Shown here one piece after another: positions 1-9,420 of a stretch of 64,000 bases of DNA (position 1 is the first letter of the stretch; the number at the start of each line of letters is the position of its first letter). Where the stretch lies: positions 7,830 to 71,829 of the forward strand of contig JAWSVA010000004.1 of NCBI GenBank assembly GCA_033852155.1, read 5' to 3'. Below the pieces are notes generated by a model. The model ran no database searches, was not told the DNA's origin, and saw only the letters and a list, made by a program, of their open reading frames with translations. The stretch comes from Gammaproteobacteria bacterium (GTDB lineage Bacteria > Pseudomonadota > Gammaproteobacteria > QZLD01). A program made the translations under genes and the position numbers.

Positions 1-626
1 ATCCCTGATGTAACCATATCTTTGACTTGTGCCGAACTTAGCATCATATCCTGCGGCAATTCTACCCCGGCTATCTCAGCGAGTTTGGCAACCAGGTCTT
101 TACGCTGAGACATCTCTAGGTATTTAACTCCTAGGCGTATTTTATTAGCTACATTAATTCTTTTATTTTGTGTAGATAGGTCATAATTACCAGCAAACTC
201 AGCAGGAAATCCATCTGACTCAAACAGTTCAATGGTTTCATATTCTGTTCTGCGAATTGTTTCTATTATTGAATCATTCCACATTATGCCGCCATCAATG
301 AACCCGGAAGCGATAAAAAAGGTTGCAGGGAGATCCCATTTTTTAAGTATTGGCAGTGCAAGCGTGTAGTTATTGGCGTAGCCATCGTCAAAGGTCATTA
401 CGACACTTCTCGGTGGAAGCTGCCCTTTTTGCAACAACTCTACGGCTTGCTTTAAAGATAGGACATTAAAGTGTTTTGCTAGTATGGAGCATTGCCAATC
501 AAGCTCTGCCTGTGTAAAAGAGTCTACGTAAGGATCATTTTCTGAAGTTATGCGGTGGTAGTCGATAATACTCAAACGGCATCGACTCCCCCCTCTTAGT
601 GACAACTCAAGAATTTTATTTATCAT
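1..626 (-). CDS. Polysaccharide deacetylase (NodB/CE4 family), 3' end truncated by the window edge. The start codon is at 624-626.
   Basis: Manual minus-strand translation from the ATG at 626 gives MINKILELSLRGG...VVMTFDDGYANNYTLALPILKKWDLPATFFIASGFIDGG. The TFDDG motif is typical of NodB deacetylases. It is not in the ORF track because the 3' end runs off the window. Confidence 0.6.
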   Translation of the reverse strand, partial: MINKILELSLRGGSRCRLSIIDYHRITSENDPYVDSFTQAELDWQCSILAKHFNVLSLKQAVELLQKGQLPPRSVVMTFDDGYANNYTLALPILKKWDLPATFFIASGFIDGGIMWNDSIIETIRRTEYETIELFESDGFPAEFAGNYDLSTQNKRINVANKIRLGVKYLEMSQRKDLVAKLAEIAGVELPQDMMLSSAQVKDMVTSG

Positions 627-662
627 TTTCCAAACATTTTATACTATATTACACAATGTATA

Positions 663-1985
663 TTAAACCAGTTTAGCACGCTTAAGCCCTTTTATTCCTC
701 GGCTTTTCCCTTGACGTTCATTTTCAATTGTTTTCTTAGACTCAAGCTGCTTTTTTACAATGCTCTCTGCAATTACCATAATGGCTATATAATGATAAGG
801 AAGGTCCCAATAAGCCATCCCTTTAAATGCACCGCCGATGGCCCAGCAGATCATGGCTATCTGCAGCATTGTCGCAAGATCCTTAGCCCAGGCTAAGTCT
901 TTATGCTCTCCAGCCAACTTTCTAATCTTGCCCCCTGTTATAAAACCAAAAAAGTTTAATAACAGGTACAGAATCAACCCTATAAATCCATGTTCACCTA
1001 AAACTTCAAAATAAATACTATGGGCATCACGCGCTATCTCCATCTCTTTATTATATTTTTCATAGGTTTTAAACGTGAACATCCTATAACCACCGCCAGT
1101 TAACGGGTGGTCTGTTGCAACCCATGTGGCAAGATACCAGGCATCGTAGCGCCCTTGCATTGAGAGATCCTCTTCATAGTCACCGATACTATCCATTCGT
1201 TGAAACCACTGCTGCGGCAAGACGTTATATGCTCCAATAGCTCCAATAGCAACCAGTAAAAAAATAACTTTTCTATGTTTGCTTAAATAAACCATCATGA
1301 AAAAACATGGGATTAAGGATATAAAAGCTCCTCGAGAATAAGATGCAATCACTGCCGCTGTACACAATCCCATGAACCCAAATAAACCAAAACGGATCCA
1401 TTTGTTATATGGTTGCAATTGTAAGTACCTGACCAAGGGAAGGATTAAAACTAACGCAATCGCTAACTCATTATTACCCGATATAAATGTATAATCAGGC
1501 CCCCAAACAAGATAATTCCCCCCTGTTGCTATCGCAAACAAACCACCTTTAACACCATAAAAACCTATGGATAAAACAATAACCCAAACCAATTGATTCA
1601 ATCTGTCTTTAGTATTTATTAGATATAAAGTAAGAAAAATTGCCAACTGTATTTTTAGCACCCTCATCCACTCTACATGTGCTAATTTTGGTTCAAAGGC
1701 GAACTGTGTGGTAATTGACATCCACACAACAAATAACAACAAAATAACAATCGCAGGTGTCCATGGTATCTTACGTTTCTCCATTTTATCTGGGCAAAAA
1801 ATAGCTGCAGCAATAGTAACTACGGCTATTACTAATGCGAATGGGAATGAATAAGCGAACCCATAGGTGAGGCGATGGGGACTCATATATCCAATCCAAG
1901 ACCACATTATTATTCCCAAATAGGGGCGATAAAAGATAAAGGGGATAGAACCAAAAACCGCCAGAAGAACTATTAGATCTCTCAT
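663..1985 (-). CDS. Polytopic membrane protein, O-antigen-ligase/Wzy_C-like. Resembles the exosortase-A-associated putative O-glycosylation ligase.
   Basis: 440 aa and highly hydrophobic, with about 10 or more predicted TM segments. It has a periplasmic loop of the kind seen in Wzy_C proteins. Its stop overlaps the upstream glycosyltransferase start by 4 nt, suggesting coupling. It is the last gene in the XrtA locus. Confidence 0.55.
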   Translation of the reverse strand: MRDLIVLLAVFGSIPFIFYRPYLGIIMWSWIGYMSPHRLTYGFAYSFPFALVIAVVTIAAAIFCPDKMEKRKIPWTPAIVILLLFVVWMSITTQFAFEPKLAHVEWMRVLKIQLAIFLTLYLINTKDRLNQLVWVIVLSIGFYGVKGGLFAIATGGNYLVWGPDYTFISGNNELAIALVLILPLVRYLQLQPYNKWIRFGLFGFMGLCTAAVIASYSRGAFISLIPCFFMMVYLSKHRKVIFLLVAIGAIGAYNVLPQQWFQRMDSIGDYEEDLSMQGRYDAWYLATWVATDHPLTGGGYRMFTFKTYEKYNKEMEIARDAHSIYFEVLGEHGFIGLILYLLLNFFGFITGGKIRKLAGEHKDLAWAKDLATMLQIAMICWAIGGAFKGMAYWDLPYHYIAIMVIAESIVKKQLESKKTIENERQGKSRGIKGLKRAKLV

Positions 1986-3208
1986 GAGCTTAATTTCCCA
2001 TCAATAATAGAAGTAAAGATATCCAGCTGGCCCTGAGTTGTTTGTCTCCAGCAATTTTCAGATCCAATCGCAGCCACTGTTTTCCTTTTCAACCCTTTAT
2101 TAAGCATTGTTCGTATTGCTTTGGTTAAAGCAGCATCGGTTCTATCATTTACTATTGTTCCGCATTCATCCGACAAGATCTCCGACACCCCACCTACATT
2201 TGTCGCCACTACTGGCGTTCCGCATGCAAGTGACTCTAATACTACATTGGGCATCCCCTCTCTACTAGATGCCAGCACCAATAGATCCGCTGAAGTATAA
2301 TAATCCCGTAACTGACTTTGTGATAAGTTTGAAATAAATCTTACACTATCAGATATCCTTAGATCAGCAGCCTGTTGTTGCAGGTTCTGCCTCTCCTCTC
2401 CATCACCAATTATAATTAAATTCACATTAGGTATTAGATTCGCATCAGACAATTTGGCAAGAGCAGCTATTACCAGATCAAATCCTTTTAACTTAGTAAG
2501 ATTACCAACAGATAAGATAGTATTTGGTTTGATATTTAACTTATTTCGTAAAATATTACGTTCATCAACCGATATGGGATGAAAAATTTCCTTATCCACT
2601 CCATTACGTAAAACATGGATTTTTTCCGCATCAACCCCTTTCGCAATTAGCTTTTGCCGTAGAGAATCTGCAACGGTAATTATGCTGTTGCTTTGTAGTG
2701 CTGATTTTTTAATCAATCTACCTGCTAACTGATAATCAGCAAATAGATTAACATCAGTTCCACGAGCCGTGATAACCAAAGGCTTATTTAGTTTTTTTGC
2801 CAAAATCGCAGCGGCAACACCATCTGGATAAAAATAGTGTGCATCGATAATATCAAAGTCAAAACCTTGGTTTATAAGACTTTTAACAACAGGTAGAGCA
2901 GCCCTTGCCATCATCATCGGGGTGATCGCGCCACCAAATTTTGGCAGGATAAAATACCTCGGATGATAAACATCTATACCGTTTAACGTTTCATGTTTTG
3001 GAACAGAATCAGATTCAGCATAACGTTTAAAAGCACCAGTTTTTATCGGAAAGGTTGCTATCGGAGCAACCACTTTGGTCTCTACCTGCTCTGATTTTAA
3101 TAGCTGACGCAGGCGTGTCTCAACGAATATGCCATGCCTGGGGCGCTGTGAATTTGGGTAGAGGGAGCTGAAAAGCAAGGTTTTGATCATTATACTCCTG
3201 AGCTCCAA
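1982..3208 (-). CDS. GT4-family (GT-B fold) glycosyltransferase
   Basis: 408 aa with a C-terminal EX7E-like region (SSREGMPNVVLESLACGTPVVATNVGG) typical of the RfaG/GT1 superfamily. Confidence 0.75.
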   Translation of the reverse strand: MELRSIMIKTLLFSSLYPNSQRPRHGIFVETRLRQLLKSEQVETKVVAPIATFPIKTGAFKRYAESDSVPKHETLNGIDVYHPRYFILPKFGGAITPMMMARAALPVVKSLINQGFDFDIIDAHYFYPDGVAAAILAKKLNKPLVITARGTDVNLFADYQLAGRLIKKSALQSNSIITVADSLRQKLIAKGVDAEKIHVLRNGVDKEIFHPISVDERNILRNKLNIKPNTILSVGNLTKLKGFDLVIAALAKLSDANLIPNVNLIIIGDGEERQNLQQQAADLRISDSVRFISNLSQSQLRDYYTSADLLVLASSREGMPNVVLESLACGTPVVATNVGGVSEILSDECGTIVNDRTDAALTKAIRTMLNKGLKRKTVAAIGSENCWRQTTQGQLDIFTSIIDGKLSS

Positions 3209-3416
3209 AGAAGTTTTTCAGGATAATAGGCTTTATATGCATTCCCACGCAGAGCATGGGAACGAGAAAAGTTCCCTGAGCGTAGCCGAAGGGTCGCCAT
3301 TCGTCCTGAGCCTGTCGAAGCATGATCAATGGGGTCAGAGTCAATGATTTTAAGATCCCTGAGCGTAGCCGAAGGGTCGAAAGAAAAAACATTGACTCTG
3401 ACCCCATTGATCTTAA
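3209..3416. repeat. Composite extragenic repeat element. It has a 23-bp perfect inverted repeat (3324-3346 and 3390-3412) and two direct copies of the 23-mer ccctgagcgtagccgaagggtcg (3274-3296 and 3357-3379), plus a degenerate third copy at 3301-3320.
   Basis: Read directly from the sequence. The element fills the gap between the asnB-like stop and the glycosyltransferase start. A related degenerate copy lies at 36203-36237. Confidence 0.7.
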
Positions 3417-5324
3417 TCATGCAAAAGTCTTCCTGCAAAATGCTTCAAACATTAACAGTGACCATAGCAGTGTACTAAAGTCACGCATTCCAGACTGGTG
3501 TTGTTCAACCAACCATTTAATATATTCCATATCAAATATTTCGGTATCAGCTAAAACTGGCCCCAACAGAGAATCACGCAAACGCTGTTTTAATGGGCCA
3601 CGAAACCACTCTGCCAACGGCACTGAAAACCCCATCTTTGGTCGATATAAAATTGAATCTGGAACCATTGGCTCTAGGGCTTTTTTAAAGATATATTTGC
3701 CTTCATTCCCTTTTACTTTGTATTCCGGCTTTATCCCAGATATCCACTCCACAAACTTGTGATCTAGAATAGGTACCCGCACTTCTAAACTGTGAGCCAT
3801 GCTGGCACGATCCACCTTAGTTAAAATATCACCAGGCAGGTAAGTTTTTAAATCGACATATTGAATACGGGAAAGGGAATCATCTTTTGGGCATTTATCC
3901 ATCTGTTCACGGAAAAACTGTTTAACGCTGTAGCCATTCAGATCTTGCTTAAACTTATTCGAGAATAACTTTCCACGCCATGCCTCTGGCACAAATGAAA
4001 CAGCATGCAGGTAGCCCTCTGCATCATCCATTGCCAATGACTGAAATGTAGATTTGGCACGAAACATCTGCGGCAACCAATCAAATTTAGGGTAGATTTT
4101 ACCCAAGAAACTAAATAACGGTCTTCGAATACAAGTAGGAATCTTATTGCGCACTTTGTTTTCATAAAATGCAAAACGATGGCGGCGATAACCAGACATC
4201 AGCTCATCTGCACCATCTCCTGAAAGAGATACGGTTACATGCTTACGCGCAAGTTCACAAACGCGATAGGTTGGAATAGCCGAGCTATCAGCATATGGTT
4301 CATCATAAATCGCTGCCAACTCATCGATCAGATCAAAATCATCAGCACCAACATGCTCAGAGTGATGATTAGTCTTATAGCGATCCGCTATCATCTGCGC
4401 ATATTCAGACTCATTAAATTTTTTACTTCCAAACGCAATCGAGCAGGTTTCTACCGGTTTGTCCGAAATCTTTGACATCAGAGCTACGATACCACTCGAA
4501 TCTACACCGCCTGATAAAAAAGCTCCAAGCGGTACATCAGCAATCATCCGCCCCTCAATTGCCTCACTTAACTTCTCAATGAGTTCTTTTTGGATCTCTT
4601 GCTCAGAAAGCTCAGAACCATTTTCTCCTACAAGATCTGCAAACGGAACATCCCAGTATTGGGTGATCTGCGGCTGTTTATCACCTAGTTTTATCTGCAA
4701 TAAATTACCAGGAGGCAGCTTATATACCCCGGTAAAAATAGTTTTGGGGTCTGGGATGTAACCAAGGGCAAAATAGTCCTCTACCGCTTGTATATCCATC
4801 TCACGTGAAACTGTTTTTTCAACCAGAAGAGATTTTAGCTCTGAGGCAAATAAAAAACGTCCATCTTCTAATACCGTATAAAAAATGGGCTTGATACCTA
4901 AACGGTCCCGAACTAGTGTGAGCTTTTGATCCCGTTTATCCCAAATTGCAAAGGCAAACATACCACGGAAGTGCTGAATACAATCCTCTTTCCAGGCATG
5001 CCAGGCATTTAGCATAACTTCGGTGTCCGACTTGGTATTAAACGCGTAACCTAGCTCTATTAACTCCTGCCTGACATCAGCAAAATTATAGGCCTCGCCG
5101 TTATAGACGAGAACCACTTGGTCATCCGCCGAGATCATGGGCTGCACGCCCCCGACTATATCTATAATAGAAAGGCGCCTATGCCCTAAAGCAATGCCTT
5201 GTTCCTGAAACACACCTTCGCCATCAGGACCTCGGTGAGTTTGAACATCATTCATCGCTTGCAACAAAGTGATATCGACCTGGCTTTCAGGTCTGGTCGC
5301 AAATATTCCTACAATCCCACACAC
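3417..5324 (-). CDS. Asparagine synthase (glutamine-hydrolysing) paralogue. This is the amidotransferase typically associated with XrtA/PEP-CTERM loci.
   Basis: It has the N-terminal MCGIVGI class-II glutamine amidotransferase Cys nucleophile and the SGGVDSS PP-loop ATP pyrophosphatase motif. It is 635 aa. It sits between glycosyltransferases in the exosortase locus. Confidence 0.8.
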   Translation of the reverse strand: MCGIVGIFATRPESQVDITLLQAMNDVQTHRGPDGEGVFQEQGIALGHRRLSIIDIVGGVQPMISADDQVVLVYNGEAYNFADVRQELIELGYAFNTKSDTEVMLNAWHAWKEDCIQHFRGMFAFAIWDKRDQKLTLVRDRLGIKPIFYTVLEDGRFLFASELKSLLVEKTVSREMDIQAVEDYFALGYIPDPKTIFTGVYKLPPGNLLQIKLGDKQPQITQYWDVPFADLVGENGSELSEQEIQKELIEKLSEAIEGRMIADVPLGAFLSGGVDSSGIVALMSKISDKPVETCSIAFGSKKFNESEYAQMIADRYKTNHHSEHVGADDFDLIDELAAIYDEPYADSSAIPTYRVCELARKHVTVSLSGDGADELMSGYRRHRFAFYENKVRNKIPTCIRRPLFSFLGKIYPKFDWLPQMFRAKSTFQSLAMDDAEGYLHAVSFVPEAWRGKLFSNKFKQDLNGYSVKQFFREQMDKCPKDDSLSRIQYVDLKTYLPGDILTKVDRASMAHSLEVRVPILDHKFVEWISGIKPEYKVKGNEGKYIFKKALEPMVPDSILYRPKMGFSVPLAEWFRGPLKQRLRDSLLGPVLADTEIFDMEYIKWLVEQHQSGMRDFSTLLWSLLMFEAFCRKTFA

Positions 5325-6535
5325 TATATTATTTTCCTTTGTGCAGTTTTCCCCTTCTCTTTTTCCAATACGCTTGAATAGAGATTGTCATATTTTGCTA
5401 CCATTGCAGCAAAACTAAAATTCTGTTGTATTCGCTCAATTGCATTCTTACCATGCTGCTGGCGTAACTGATCATCTTCTACATATTTATTCATTGCATC
5501 AGCCATCCACTTAGAATCAGAAGCCGGCACTATATATCCTGTTTTGCCATCATCAACTAGCTCGCGGTTACCACCAACATCAGTTGCAATTACTGGCAGT
5601 CCAGTAGCCATAGACTCTAATATAGTATTTGATATACCTTCAGCTAATGATGGTAAAACAAAAATATCTAGCTTATGTAAAATTGCTGGCACGTCATCTC
5701 TAGCCCCTGGCATCCAAACTAAATCTTGAATTGCGTTATCTTCAATAAGTTTTTCTGCAGGTGCAAACAAATTGCCATTCCCCACAAGAACCAAACGCAC
5801 TTTTTCTCTATGCTGCGGATGATTCTCAATAAAATGAACAAAGGCTCTGACCAATAGAAGGGTGTCCTTCACTTCCTCCATTCTGCCAACTGTTCCTATA
5901 ACAATTTTATCATCAAACTCTGCAGGATAACCTGCTACATTTGTTGTAACAGAAGGACTGAACCTTTCCGTGTCTACACCATTACATATACGCACAACTT
6001 TTTTAGAACTAATACCGACATCCTTAATCAACCAATTTTCTAAATCCATCGATAGAGCTGCGAAGCGATCAATAACTGGCGATAATAAACGACGTAAAAG
6101 CCGGTATTTTTTATTTGAGCCATCTATATCAATAGTATCTCTGCCATGCTCACTATGAATAATATATGGCACACCGGCTAAAAAGGCTGGCATTACAGCA
6201 TCCAGTGCTGGCAGGTTTCTGGTGTGTACAACCTTTGGCTTTAACTTTTTTAACATCCGATAAAGCTTAATGTAAATTTTTATATCTTTACCTGGGTGCT
6301 TATGCAGAGATATATATTCAACCTCACGGTTGGTTATACGATCTTTAAAGTGGGTGATCTCAGTGAGTGAAATCACAATATGACGATACTTATCCTGTGG
6401 CAGATTATTCAAAAGATTTACCACGCCGTTTTCCAACCCACCTACGTCGAGCCGAAAAAGCACGTGCGCAATTATTGGCCTGCTATCCACAATTTTTTTA
6501 TTTGCTATTATGCTTCCTGCACTACTACTATCCAT
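5324..6535 (-). CDS. GT4-family glycosyltransferase. This is a sugar transferase of the PEP-CTERM/EpsH1-associated type.
   Basis: 403 aa with a C-terminal PSLAEGISNTILESMATGLPVIATDVGG GT-B motif. Its start overlaps the xrtA stop. Confidence 0.75.
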   Translation of the reverse strand: MDSSSAGSIIANKKIVDSRPIIAHVLFRLDVGGLENGVVNLLNNLPQDKYRHIVISLTEITHFKDRITNREVEYISLHKHPGKDIKIYIKLYRMLKKLKPKVVHTRNLPALDAVMPAFLAGVPYIIHSEHGRDTIDIDGSNKKYRLLRRLLSPVIDRFAALSMDLENWLIKDVGISSKKVVRICNGVDTERFSPSVTTNVAGYPAEFDDKIVIGTVGRMEEVKDTLLLVRAFVHFIENHPQHREKVRLVLVGNGNLFAPAEKLIEDNAIQDLVWMPGARDDVPAILHKLDIFVLPSLAEGISNTILESMATGLPVIATDVGGNRELVDDGKTGYIVPASDSKWMADAMNKYVEDDQLRQQHGKNAIERIQQNFSFAAMVAKYDNLYSSVLEKEKGKTAQRKII

Positions 6536-8136
6536 TATCCATCCCTGCTAACTGTGAAAAGCAATGATTTAAGCTTATCTCTTGCCTCTTCAGCAGAAGA
6601 TTCAAGCTTTATGGTTAATACCTCGATGATCGCATCCGATCTTCTATCTAATACTATAGATCTCACCTGATTTAATTTAGTTCTAAGTTTTCCAGACGAG
6701 TTATATTTACCTGTTTTAATCCAGCTCCATACCAGCATCACACCCGAATTGCTTTTTAAGGTATTTTCCTGCACCTTAACATTAACTTCTCCAGCGCTGG
6801 TTTGCATTGGTACGTTAACTCCCCTTTCTGAGATGTTTTTCCAGACATCATCATCAAAAAGTTTATTGTTAACGTTTATTAGCTCTTTATTCTGGTTTTG
6901 CACAAAGTATTGAGCATTAGCATACCCAATCATAACTCCGTCTATAGCAAAACATCCAGCCTCCAACATATCGGCATTACGATGATTAAGGCCTATGCTA
7001 TTACATGGCTTTGCCACAAAATCAAGTTTACCTGCTGTATCATCAACAGGCCCTATCTTAGATATACTAATCTGTGCCTGTGGTTTTGACTTATCAACAT
7101 TAATCAACAATAGCAGGATCGTAGGCACTAATAAGATAACCGTGCAAATAGCAATGGATGTCTTAATTATTCCTCTTCTATTTGAAGCGAAATCATCTTG
7201 AGTTAATGACGCGGATTTATTGGCATCACCAGCAATATTTGAACTATTTCCACTTTCGCTATCTGTTGGTTTACCATCTTCGCGCCAAAAAGATCCAATC
7301 CAGAACATGACTAACATAACAACACCAAACCAAACCCAGCCATATATTATATGATCAAATCCGGTTGCATACTCCATGTCACTCAAATGGGCAATCATAA
7401 CTATGCCATAGGCGCGCAAACCATTAGCTACAATGGGGAATATTATCGAAAGGGCAATAAAAAGCAGGCGCCTTTTGGTTGATCTATAAGTAAGAAATGC
7501 ATAGAAATAACCTAACGCAATAGATGCTATAAGATAGCGTATACCACTACACGCTTTTACCACTTCAAAATTCCCAGAAGGGATCTCAAACATTAACCCC
7601 TCCCAATAAACTGGGATTCCGGTCAACTGTAACCCTTTTACTGCAAACCAAGCTGTGAATTGCATCAGCGAAGGAATAAGAAACTCACCCATCGGCACTG
7701 CAAATAACAGATATAACAATGGGTACCATACAGTGCGCGCAACTCTACAACCAAATACAGATAAAACCAACATTGGTAACATTGCAAATAATGAAAGCTG
7801 TTGTCCAACCGCAATTCCAGCAATACTAGCGAAAATCCAGAACAGCCCAAATATGGCAACTCCCAACACACCAAGATAACTAGTTGATGGGGTAAGTTTT
7901 AAACAATCAGATCGTTGACTCCAGATCATCCACGCTACGGCAGGTACAACAAACATACCGTGAATATAAGTATCTGATGCATCCCACCAGATCATCGCAG
8001 TAGCAATAATTGTCTGATGAAAAGCTACTATCAATAGTAATAACAATGCCACAAACACCTTGGCACTTATACTCCATGCCATGATATTTTTCCCGGCTAA
8101 CTCTGAAACTTCTTGTTTGGTTTGCATATTATCCAC
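6535..8136 (-). CDS. xrtA: Exosortase A (XrtA) fused to a C-terminal EpsI-family periplasmic domain.
   Basis: 533 aa. The N-terminal ~290 aa are a polytopic membrane domain carrying exosortase signature residues: a conserved Cys in VKACSGIRY, and Arg and His in the IVANGLRAYGIVMIAHL region. After that come one TM segment and a ~200 aa soluble domain, as in EpsI. A PEP-CTERM substrate gene lies 10 kb away in the same locus. Confidence 0.8.
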   Translation of the reverse strand: MDNMQTKQEVSELAGKNIMAWSISAKVFVALLLLLIVAFHQTIIATAMIWWDASDTYIHGMFVVPAVAWMIWSQRSDCLKLTPSTSYLGVLGVAIFGLFWIFASIAGIAVGQQLSLFAMLPMLVLSVFGCRVARTVWYPLLYLLFAVPMGEFLIPSLMQFTAWFAVKGLQLTGIPVYWEGLMFEIPSGNFEVVKACSGIRYLIASIALGYFYAFLTYRSTKRRLLFIALSIIFPIVANGLRAYGIVMIAHLSDMEYATGFDHIIYGWVWFGVVMLVMFWIGSFWREDGKPTDSESGNSSNIAGDANKSASLTQDDFASNRRGIIKTSIAICTVILLVPTILLLLINVDKSKPQAQISISKIGPVDDTAGKLDFVAKPCNSIGLNHRNADMLEAGCFAIDGVMIGYANAQYFVQNQNKELINVNNKLFDDDVWKNISERGVNVPMQTSAGEVNVKVQENTLKSNSGVMLVWSWIKTGKYNSSGKLRTKLNQVRSIVLDRRSDAIIEVLTIKLESSAEEARDKLKSLLFTVSRDG

Positions 8137-8190
8137 GCTAGGCTGTTACGCTATCCATTTTGTAAAACTGTATTATCTATACTCATAGAC

Positions 8191-9387
8191 TTAACCTTCT
8201 AGTAGGTCCACAACTTTGGCAACGTTACTTTGCCAGTTATAATTTTTCAAGATCATCTCGCGCCCTTTATCACCCCAAGACTTAGCTTGTGCATCATCTT
8301 GTAATAGTTCAGCTACTTTGTCTGCGTAGGTTTGAGCATCATCTATAGTTAGCTCAGAAAACTGTTCAATATCTTTAATCCCTTCCATAGCCTGGCTAGT
8401 TGCAACAACTGCTTTGCCCATCGACATAGCCTCCAGCACTTTATTTTGTACTCCGCGAGCAATTCGAAGTGGAGCAACAGATAGGTTAGAGTATTGAATA
8501 TAAGGGCGAACATCCTCCACTCTTCCAGTAACAGTTACTCCGGCAATATTACTTAAGGCATTTACTTTCGCAGTTGGCTTTGACCCAACGATAAAAAACT
8601 CCAAACCGGATATTTTTTGCTGTACTAACGGAAGAACTTCTTCAGCAAACCAAACAACAGCATCAACATTAGCCCAATAATCCATGGCCCCTGTAAATAC
8701 AATTTTAGGCGCTGCATTTACATATAGATTTCCTACATCAGAATTTGCAGTAAAAAATTCATAATCGACACCGTTATCAATGCTATGTACCTTCTCTGCC
8801 ACAGCTGGAACAAGCTCACGAAACAAAGCGCTCTCTTTTTCTGACACAAACAGGCTGTGATCGGCCTGCTGCGCAACCATCTTTTCCCATTCAAATAATT
8901 TTTTATATTCACGTTTATACAACCAACTGGCAGGCCATTTTTTGCGGCTACTATATTGGCGCCACTTGTCCGAATCAATATCAACAAAATCAACGACCAT
9001 TTTCAGATCAAAGCGGGTTGATGAAACAAATTGAGCCATTGCAGATGAGAAAACCAGAGTTTTATTGACCCCTTTTGCAATAACTTGCTCTACATAATCG
9101 GATAGCTCTTTACTTTGGTAGTATGGAATAGATAACGCATCTGCGGTAAGAAAACCTTTTAAGGATTTAATCTTGCTTACAAATGGATCAATCTCTATCG
9201 CACAAAAAGACTCGCACAAAGATGCAACATGCTCTTTATATTGCAGATCTTCTTTATCATCTATGAAGGTCGCTAAGTGAATCTTGTACTCTTTTCGCAA
9301 CTCATTTAAGAGATGATAAGACCTAATCTTATCTCCTTTATTTGGCGGATATGGAATACGGTGCGCAAGAAACAGCAACTCTTTCAT
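8191..9387 (-). CDS. Glycosyltransferase (GT-B fold) of the type associated with PEP-CTERM/exosortase systems.
   Basis: 398 aa. Position and fold-level motifs only; family recognition is weak. Confidence 0.6.
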   Translation of the reverse strand: MKELLFLAHRIPYPPNKGDKIRSYHLLNELRKEYKIHLATFIDDKEDLQYKEHVASLCESFCAIEIDPFVSKIKSLKGFLTADALSIPYYQSKELSDYVEQVIAKGVNKTLVFSSAMAQFVSSTRFDLKMVVDFVDIDSDKWRQYSSRKKWPASWLYKREYKKLFEWEKMVAQQADHSLFVSEKESALFRELVPAVAEKVHSIDNGVDYEFFTANSDVGNLYVNAAPKIVFTGAMDYWANVDAVVWFAEEVLPLVQQKISGLEFFIVGSKPTAKVNALSNIAGVTVTGRVEDVRPYIQYSNLSVAPLRIARGVQNKVLEAMSMGKAVVATSQAMEGIKDIEQFSELTIDDAQTYADKVAELLQDDAQAKSWGDKGREMILKNYNWQSNVAKVVDLLEG

Positions 9388-9420
9388 TTGACTACCCCTA
9401 ATAATATTTAAGGTTTAGGA

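Noticed and set aside
3120-3762. ORFs 3120..3407 (-), 3190..3438 (-) and 3322..3762 (+).
   Set aside because: They lie across the repeat element and antisense to, or overlapping, the asnB-like gene. Their reading frames are generated by the direct and inverted repeats. They have no coding signal.
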